From positions 21,452,001 through 21,516,000 of the forward strand of contig OZ024757.1 of NCBI GenBank assembly GCA_964016885.1: 64,000 bases of DNA. The letters are read 5' to 3'. Position 1 is the first letter of the stretch; each line of letters starts with the position of its first letter. A model generated the notes under the pieces. It was not told the origin of the DNA. It made no database searches and saw nothing but the letters and a program-made list of their open reading frames with translations. Of the stretch, positions 54,265 to 64,000 are shown in pieces. Position numbers and translations under genes: made by a program. This stretch comes from Eledone cirrhosa (taxonomy: Eukaryota).

Positions 54265-54813
54265 ATAAACGTGATGCGTGGTTGCGAATGGGTTACATAT
54301 GAATAAAGTTAGTCCTTCATCAGTGATCTTCCAACCATCATTGGTATTTCATCGCTTTATATATATATACGTATATGTGTATGTATGTATGCATGTATGC
54401 GTGTATGCGTGTATGCGTGTGTGAAGGTGTCTGGATGATTAGGGATCATAAAGGCGAGGTTGGGAGTTCGAATTTCACAGGACACTATTTTTCATATTGC
54501 TCCAGCTGAAACTTTGGCGTTGTCAATGTGTCTATATTTTCAGAAATCTAGTAATACACGTATTTAACCGTATGATTATATGACACAAACACACACACAT
54601 ATATATATACCGCATACACACACACATACATATATATATACCGCATACACACACACATATATATATATAACGAAGGAAATGTGGTAAGGAACCAGGTGGA
54701 CCATAACGCACCAAAGTACTCAATACTTAGGGTAGTAGAGTGGGTAATAGGAACCAGTATTAGCCGAATTCGCCGTCGAAACGGCTTGAGCTCAGCCGTC
54801 GGGGTCTTACTGG

Positions 54814-54869
<56 letters not shown>

Positions 54870-54876
54870 ACACACG

Positions 54877-54907
<31 letters not shown>

Positions 54908-54915
54908 TTATACAC

Positions 54916-54946
<31 letters not shown>

Positions 54947-54949
54947 TAT

Positions 54950-54980
<31 letters not shown>

Positions 54981-55122
54981 CACATACACACACACATGTA
55001 TACACACACACACACATATATATATATACACACACACACATGTATACACACATATATATATATATATATATACATACACATATATATACACACACACATA
55101 TTCACACGCATTTACATATATA

Positions 55123-55163
<41 letters not shown>

Positions 55164-55633
55164 TATACACACGCATTTACATATATATATACACACACGC
55201 GCGCATTCAAATACGTGTGTGCTTGTTTATATTACGGTACACGATAAATGTACACACGTGTATTTACATAGATATACACAGATTTTCATACATATACACA
55301 TTCACATATTTACATACATATACACATACAAATATTTATATACATATACACATATTTACATACATATATACACATACACATATTTACATACATACATACA
55401 TATATAATTAACGTTCAGACACGACCACAAAAATATTGCTATTTTATATATTCAGTGCTATTAAAACGTATTTGTATGCATGTATGTATAGTATGTATAT
55501 ACACTATATACATGCACATATATACATACAGAATGTGGTGTATATTTGGCATATGAATACATCGCTAGATTAAGCATTATTCGTTATTATAATATATATC
55601 CATGAGACATATATGTATGTTTATATATAAAGG

Positions 55634-55669
<36 letters not shown>

Positions 55670-55890
55670 GTAGAAGGGGTATTTAATTTGTTTGTAAGTC
55701 CGACAAATATAAATGTTTATAACTGATTTAGAGCACTCAACAAATTACTGGAGTAAATATATGTCCCTATTTATAAAACAAACTTTGTATTGTATCTGAT
55801 GAAAGCGTACCAATGTTGTCTTGGTACCCTTGAAATATATATCATAAAATAAATATGGTTTTATAAATATAGTTTCTATTTATTTAATAT

Positions 55891-55897
<7 letters not shown>
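55670..55897. mobile_element. rearranged PLE-1 terminal repeat with a hammerhead at 55788-55851 (plus, AUC triplet)
   Basis: tattgtat CTGATGA aagcgtaccaa-tgttgtc-ttggtaccctt GAAA tatatATC ataaaata. Confidence 0.75.
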
Positions 55898-55955
<58 letters not shown>

Positions 55956-56274
55956 TACTTGGGGAGGGTCATATTGTTATAATAATATTGCCAGAATTAA
56001 TAACAGAACACATTCACTGTTTGGTTGGTTTTCGCTTCTGTATCTTTTATATCTCCACCGTTAATTCCTTTCGTCCTCTATGTTTACCATTGACTGACCA
56101 ACGGTCAAAAATACAGATATAATATAGACACAAACACATATATATAGTCTAACAAAGTTCTTTCGTTGCACATCTGCAACATCGTCAGTGGTACTATTAT
56201 GTTTCTTACGGAAACTATATATATTTCAAGGGTACCAAAACTTAAATATCACTTTGCTTTATATATATATATAT

Positions 56275-56545
56275 AACCAAAGATTAATATAGTTCATTGA
56301 TTACTCAATGAATATATTTTTACAATAGATTAAAAGCACTCTACAAAGAAGATTTCTGGAGTTACTAATATTATTCAAAATATTAATAAATGAAGACGTT
56401 CATATAATCAAAATATATGTTTTATTATATATATTTCGGAGGTACTGTGCTGTTTTTTCAGTACGTTCTCATCAGATAAAAAACATGAATTGATGTATGA
56501 CATACCTCAACTGTCTTGATAGTTCAATTCCAGTATTGGCAGTAT
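56275..56545 (-). mobile_element. PLE-2 terminal repeat with a hammerhead at 56417-56486
   Basis: Near-identical to 53085-53257. Confidence 0.75.
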
Positions 56546-57002
56546 AATATACACAGATATATATATCCATTATATATATATATATATTGGATATATATAC
56601 CTGTGTATATTATCCGTCCCGCCGAGGTTAACTTTGCCTTTCATCCTTATGGGGTCGATAAAATAAAGTACCAGTAATACACTGGATAAATGGTGGCTTT
56701 GTGCCAAAAGTAGAAACAATTATTGTCTATTAATACTTGGTGTGTGTGGGTGTGTGTGTGTGTGTGTATGTGTGTGTGTGTGTCGGTGTTGGACCGCCGT
56801 CGTTAGCGACGATGACTATTACATTAATGAACGGAGCAGCCTGTTTGTAAAATGAACATGTAAGTGACTGAGCATTCCACAGACACAGACATGTGCACCA
56901 TTAACGTGGTTCTCAGGGAGATTCAACGTAACAGTATTTGACAATACAGGCCCTTTAAATTATAGATACTTGTTTTTGCCAACCGAGCGGGACCTATATA
57001 TA

Positions 57003-57039
<37 letters not shown>

Positions 57040-57625
57040 GTGTGTGTAATCTGAGTTTTTATATATATACACATACATACTTGCAAATATATATATACAT
57101 ACATATAAATACACATGTATACAGAGACACATACATATAAATATATACACAGACACATACAACATACGTACACATATATATTCACGCCACGCACACATAC
57201 ATACAAATATATACACACACACATAAATATATATACACACACATAAATATATACACAGACAAATATATACACACATACACAAATAAATATATACACACAT
57301 ACACAAATAAATATATACACACACATAAATATATATACACAGACAAATATATACACACACATAAATATAAACACACACATAAATATATATACACACACAC
57401 ACATAAATATATATACACATACACAAATAAATATACACACACACAAACACATATATACACACACACACAAATATATACACACAACAGTGCGGTATAATGC
57501 AGATATGCAACATGTGTTGTCAAACTGCAATCTATGCACGTTTACAAACGGACATGTGATGTCATTCCACTACACATGTAATGGTTGAATACACACATGT
57601 TGTATATAGCTTTAGCGTAAGACTG

Positions 57626-57693
<68 letters not shown>

Positions 57694-57778
57694 TAAACGG
57701 AAACTTGTCGAGTGCTTCGAATCAGTTATAAATATATATATTTGTTGAATTACCAACAAATTAAATATCTCTTTTGCT

Positions 57779-57810
<32 letters not shown>

Positions 57811-57835
57811 CACACACCTATCTATCTATATATAC

Positions 57836-57888
<53 letters not shown>

Positions 57889-57928
57889 CATACATACACA
57901 CATCTATCTATATATATATATATACCTA

Positions 57929-57973
<45 letters not shown>

Positions 57974-58274
57974 CATACATACACACCTATCTCTCTCTCT
58001 CTCTATATATATACATACATACACCTATCTCTCTCTCTCTCTATATATATATATATACATACATACATGCACCTATCTATATATATATACCTATCTATAT
58101 ATACATACATACATACACCTATCTATCTATATATATATACCTATATATACATACATACATACACCTATCTATCTATATATATATACCTATCTATATATAC
58201 ATACATACATACACCTATCTATCTATATATATATATACCTATCTATATATATACCTATTTATCTATATCTATAT

Positions 58275-58350
58275 ATAGAGTTCCAAAAAATGTATATACA
58301 CACCTCAACAGCGTGCTAATCAAAGTGTGTATACATTTTTGGGACACTAT
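58275..58350. mobile_element. tiny Tc1/mariner-like MITE (TA-flanked)
   Basis: Terminal inverted repeat agagttccaaaaaatgtata...tatacatttttgggacact. A second diverged copy lies at ~59588-59658. Confidence 0.5.
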
Positions 58351-58780
58351 GTATATATATATATAGAGATATATATTTATATACATACATATATTTACAC
58401 ACAGACACACACACATATATATATATGTATTTATTGAAGTATGTAGGTTTGTTTATAGTGAAGTTTCAATTTCCAGCAAATGAATAAACGAATTGTACCG
58501 ACTACCACTATCTTTCTCTCTTGTTTACACACACGAATGTATACATACGTGTGTGTGTGTGTGTGTTTGTGTAGATATTCTAAAAATGTTCTGCCCTACG
58601 GTTAAGCTTTTACCGTTTCGAGCTTAACCGTAAGGCAGAAAATCCTTAGAATATCCACCACACTACAGTTCCTAAGTATAGAGTACTAAATTGAATAATG
58701 GTTTTACTTGTCTTAACTAGTAATCTCTCTTTCTCTCTGTATATACACAAAGTGTGTATATATATATACATATATATATG

Positions 58781-58831
58781 AGCTTCCTGATGATTTCTCA
58801 CGAATGAAACAGTTCTAGTCCTGTAGAAGCT
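58781..58831 (+). ncRNA. type I hammerhead ribozyme motif
   Basis: agcttc CTGATGA t-ttc-tcac-gaa-t GAAAC ag-ttctagtc-ct GTA gaagct. Perfect 6-bp stem I, 4-bp stem III, and a U-U mismatch at the base of stem II. Confidence 0.75.
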
Positions 58832-58929
58832 TTTCTATATTAAAACATGTATACTCTGCAATGTATTGAGTACTTTACTTACTATGGTTTCCCCCGATTC
58901 AACCAGTAATAACTTTATTTATTTATTTA

Positions 58930-59002
<73 letters not shown>

Positions 59003-59145
59003 TAAAACATGTCTATAGAATCACAAGATAAAATATATACTATTTCCTCTCCCTGATTGTTTAATTTATTAATTTTTCATTGAGCCACAAAGTGACCAGT
59101 TGCAAAACACGTATATCTATATGTATGTATATATATATATGTAAA

Positions 59146-59184
<39 letters not shown>

Positions 59185-59682
59185 GCATAGTGTGTGTATA
59201 TATGTATTTAGTACCTAACAATTACTTAGTAAGAAAACCATTACAACTGTTGTTATGTCGTTCCCCTCCCTCCCAGGTGAAGTCGTATCAAAGATAGTTA
59301 TGGCACCAGTGAGAAGTTCCGGCTGTGACCATCCCACCTTATTGTCTTCGAGACAAAACCACATTATACTTCCCTCATTAAGGGAGATTTAGCTACTATG
59401 ACTAACTGATTTCATAGACACACATGTATGCACGCATAGACGTATATAGTATTGAGTACCAGAGTACTCAATACTTAGGGTAGTAGAGTGGGTAATAGGA
59501 AACGTCGAAACGGCTCGAGCTCTGCCGTCGGGGGTTAAACATTTTCATATATGTATATATATATATATATGTGTGTGTATGTGTGTGTAGGGTTTCCCCC
59601 AAAAAAGTATACACACTTCAACAGCATTCTAATAGAAGTGTGTATACATTTGTGGGGTGGGGGGGGGGGCTTTACTACACAC

Positions 59683-59722
59683 CAAAACCTGTTGGTTCCA
59701 CAGAGGAAGGTACATGGTAAGT
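59683..59722 (-). CDS. candidate small coding exon (TYHVPSSVEPTGF)
   Basis: Acceptor tcatctatcattctgtcag. Open in phase 0 after the 62724 donor. Donor gtgtgt (or gttttg at 59688). No homology recognised. Confidence 0.3.
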
Positions 59723-59837
59723 CTGACAGAATGATAGATGACCATGATGGGTGAGGTGTTGTGAGGTGAGGTGAGGTGGGGTGGGGTGGGGTGGGGTAGT
59801 TGAGGGTGGGGTAAGTGAGGGTGGGGTGTACATATAA

Positions 59838-61435
59838 CAACACCACCACTACCAACACTACTACAACAACACTACTACCACTACCAACACTACCACACCA
59901 TCACCACTATTACTAACACCACCACTGCCAACACTACCACACCACCACAACAACACCACCACCACTACCAACACCACAACAACACCACCACCATCAACAC
60001 TTCCACAACACTACCACAACACCACCACAACACCACCGCTACCATCACTACCATAACACCTCCATCATCACCACCAACACTACCACAACACCTCCATCAC
60101 TACCAACACTACCACAACACCACCATCACTACCAACACTACCACAACACCACCAACACTACCACCATCACTACCAACACTACCACAACACCACCAACACT
60201 ACCACAACACCACCATCACCACCAACACTACCACAACACCACCAACACTACCAACACCACCAACACTACCACCATCACCACCAACACAACATCACCATCA
60301 CCACCAACACTACCACAACACCTCCATCATCACCACCAACACCACCATCACCACCAACACTACCACAACACCTCCATCACCACCAACACTACCACAACAC
60401 CTCCATCACTACCACAACACCTCCATCACTACCAACACCACCAACACTACCACCATCACCACCAACACTACCACAACATCACCATCACCACCAACACTAC
60501 CACAACACTACCACAACACCTCCATCACTACCAACACCACCAACACTACCACAACATCACCATCAACACTACCACAACACCTCCATCACTACCAACACCA
60601 CCAACACTACCACAACATCACCATCACCACCAACACTACCACAACATCACCATCACCACCAACACTACCACAACACCACCAACACTACCACAACACCTCC
60701 ATCACTACCAACACCACCAACACTACCACAACATCACCATCGCCACCAACACTACCACAACACCTCCATCACTACCAACACCACCATCAACACCTCCAAC
60801 ACTACCACAACACTTCCATCACTACCAACACCACCAACACTACCACCATCACCACCAACACTACCACAACACCACCATCACCACCAACACTACCACAACA
60901 CCTCCATCACTACCAACACTACCACAACAACAGCAACACGACAACACTAATATCAACACCAACACTATCACTACCACACCAACACTATCACTACCACCAA
61001 CACTATCACTACCACCAACACTGTCACCACAACACCAACACTATCACTACCACCACAACACTATCACTACCACCAACACTGTCACCACAACACCAACACT
61101 ATCACTACCACCACAACACTATCACTACCACCAACACTGTCACCACAACACCAACACTATCACTACCACAAACACCACCACAACACCAACACTATCACTA
61201 CCACCAACACTATCACCACAACACCAACACTATCACTACCACAAACACCACCACAACACCAACACTATCACTACCACCACAACACTATCACTACAACACC
61301 AACACTATCACTACCACAAACACCACCACAACACCAACACTATCACTACCACCACAACACTATCACTACCACCAACACTGTCACCACAACACCAACACTA
61401 TCACTACCACAAACACCACCACCACACCATCACAA
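59838..61435. repeat. cryptic (CAC/CAA/TAC)n repeat
   Basis: Read directly from the sequence. Confidence 0.9.
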
Positions 61436-61455
61436 CAATAAACCCATCGTCAAAA

Positions 61456-62719
61456 CCCCAGCATTACAACCAACCCCTACCAATATAACAGCAACAACAA
61501 TAAACCCCAGCATTACAATAAATATATTGTGGTCCCTGGAAGGACCTTAATAACACCACCACCACCACCACCCCCTACCAATATAACAGCAACAACAATA
61601 AGCCCCAGCATTACAATAAATATATTGTGGTCCCTAGAAGGACCTTAACAACACCACCACCACCATCTCTACCAATATAACAGCAACAACAATAAACCCC
61701 AGCATTACAATAAATATATTGTGGTCCCTGGAAGGACCTTAACAATAACACCACCACCTCCTACCAATATAACAGCAACAACAATAAGCCCCAGCATTAC
61801 AATAAATATATTGTGGTCCCTGGAAGGACCTTAACAGTAACACTACCACCACCCCCTACCAATATAACAGCAACAACAATAAACCCCAGCATTACAATAA
61901 ATATATTGTGGTCCCTGGAAGGACCTTAACAATAACACCACCACCACCACCACCACCACCCCCTACCAATATAACAGCAACAACAATAAACCCCAGCATT
62001 ACAATAAATATATTGTGGTCCCTGGAAGGACCTTAACAATAACACCACCACCACCACCCCTACCAATATAACAGCAACAACAATAAGCCCCAGCATTACA
62101 ATAAATATATTGTGGTCCCTGGAAGGACCTTAACAATAACACCACCACCACCACCCCTACCAATATAACAGCAACAACAATAAGCCCCAGCATTACAATA
62201 AATATATTGTGGTCCCTAGAAGGACCTTAACAGTAACACTACCACCACCACCCCTACCAATATAACAGCAACAACAATAAACCCCAGCATTACAATAAAT
62301 ATATTGTGGTCCCTAGAAGGACCTCAACACCACCACCACCATCACCACCCCCTACCAATATAACAGCAACAACAATAAACCCCAGCATTACAATAAATAT
62401 ATTGTGGTCCCTAGAAGGACCTCAACACCACCACCACCATCACCACCCCCTACCAATATAACAGCAACAACAATAAACCCCAGCATTACAATAAATATAT
62501 TGTGGTCCCTAGAAGGACCTTAACAGTAACACCACTACCACCATCACCCCTACCAATATAACAGCAACAACAATAAGCCCCAGCATTACAATAAATATAT
62601 TGTGGTCCCTGGAAGGACCTCGACACCACCACCACCACCACCCCCAACCAATATAACAGCAACAACAATAAACCCCAGCATTACAATAAATATAGTGTGG
62701 TCCCTGGAAGGACCTTAAC
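61456..62719. repeat. ~97-bp minisatellite, ~13 copies, with a variable (CAC)n tract
   Basis: Unit ccccagcattacaataaatatattgtggtccctggaaggaccttaac...cctaccaatataacagcaacaacaataa. Confidence 0.95.
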
Positions 62720-62723
62720 TTAC

Positions 62724-62786
62724 CTGCGAATCATAAACCTCGGGTTCAGAAGTCTCCCACACTGTCACAACATATTCCAGGACCAT
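62724..62786 (-). CDS. candidate first coding exon of an unidentified gene (MVLEYVVTVWETSEPEVYDSQ)
   Basis: aaaaaATGG start context with an in-frame TAA two codons upstream. 21 non-repetitive codons, with the other two frames closed. Consensus donor CAG|GTAAGT (phase 0). Confidence 0.55.
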
Positions 62787-62894
62787 TTTTTAACAAGGGG
62801 GTAATTAAACTCCTTTTTTTGGCTTTTTACGGGTTTTGCCACAATTGGTGCAATAATGATAATAATAATAAATAATAATAATAATAATAATAAA

Positions 62895-63262
62895 TAATTG
62901 TTTCTACTTTTTTGGCACAAGGCCAGCAATTATCCCAGTGTATTACTGGTACTTTATTTTATCGACCCCCGTAAAGGATGAAAGGCAAAGTTAACCTCGG
63001 CGGGATTTGAACTCAGAAGAATAATAATAATAATAATACTTTAGGCACAAGGCCAGCAATTTTGGGAGGCAGGGAAAAGTCGATTATATCGACCCCAGTT
63101 GCGTTACTGGTACTTTGTTTTATCGACCCCCGTAAAGGATGAAAGGCAAAGCTAACCTCGGCGGGATTTGAACACAGAAGGTATGAAGGGCCGTAGATAT
63201 CATATAAGCCGCATTAGCATGTTATCCGACGCTCTACCGATTCTGATAAGACACCGACCTTC
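62895..63262 (-). mobile_element. two tandem SINE family B copies with (TTA)n tails
   Basis: 62895-63017 (truncated) and 63040-63262 (longer variant). Confidence 0.85.
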
Positions 63263-63477
63263 GATGATAATAATAATAATGATACTGATACTAATGATAG
63301 TGTAGGTAATAAAATGTGTGTATATATATATTTCCAGTGTCACTAACAGGTAAAAGGCATCCCATTCAGAGATATAATATGGAAGAAAGTGATGCTGACT
63401 TGTTGGTTGTTGGGGTGATGGGAGGAGCGGGAGAACAGCTGCCTGTTGACATAATATCGTAGATGTTACTTTTACTG

Positions 63478-64000
63478 AGAGTGAGAGGCAGTGAGAGGCA
63501 GTGAGATACAGAGAGAGTGTGAGAGGCAGTCAAAGACAGAGAGAGGGAGTGGGTGATAGTGAGATACAGAGAGAGAGAGTGTGAGAGGCAGTCAAAGACA
63601 GAGAGAGAGTGTGAGAGGCAGTGAGATACAGAGAGAGAGAGAGTGAGAGGCAGTCAAAGACAGAGAGAGGGAGTGGGTGGGTGAGAGGCAGTCAAAGACA
63701 GAGTGATGGAGTGAGAGGCAGTCAAAGACGGAGAGAGAGGGAGTGAGAGACGGAGTGAGAGGCAGTCAGAGACAGAGAGAGGGAGTGAGAGACAGAGTGA
63801 GGGAGTGAGAGACAGTCAAAGACAGAGTGAGGAGAGGGAGGCAGTGAGAGAAAGAGAGAGAAAGCAAGTGATAGAGTGTAAGAGAGAGAGGGGGTTAGAT
63901 ATTACTTTTTGTAAGAGAGAGAGAGGGAGGGGTGAGAGGTAAAAGAGAAAGAGTGTGAATGTAGAAAGAAAGAGAGATAGAGTGAGTGAGAGAGTGAGAG
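63478..64000. repeat. GA-rich compound repeat (gtgagaggcagt...)
   Basis: Read directly from the sequence. Confidence 0.85.

Noticed and set aside
61456-62719. CRISPR-like array (hairpin-containing repeat with variable spacers); likewise 25195-26275 and 22998-23956
   Set aside because: The spacers are length variants of simple repeats, not unique sequences. The context is eukaryotic and no cas genes are present.

Overview
This is eukaryotic, very AT-rich DNA saturated with microsatellites. The SINE repertoire and simple-repeat load suggest an octopod cephalopod, but that is inference. No complete protein-coding gene can be read, and nearly all long ORFs in the track are artefacts of simple or tandem repeats. 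The window looks like intronic or intergenic DNA, with a plausible first coding exon on the minus strand (62786-62724, MVLEYVVTVWETSEPEVYDSQ|gtaagt) and a few unproven downstream micro-exons. It holds two tRNA-derived SINE families, RTE-clade LINE 3' ends (including a composite RTE whose 3'UTR carries a SINE-like body and repeatedly seeds satellites of 48, 49 and 111 bp), relics of three REL-endonuclease non-LTR clades, and TTAA and TA MITEs. The most striking signal is about 12 minimal hammerhead-ribozyme motifs (CUGANGA-stem II-GAAA-short stem III-NUH) in Penelope-like terminal repeats. Many sit in (TA)n tracts and some form head-to-head palindromes. A further family carries only the 3' half of a hammerhead, mirrored around its own stem II.
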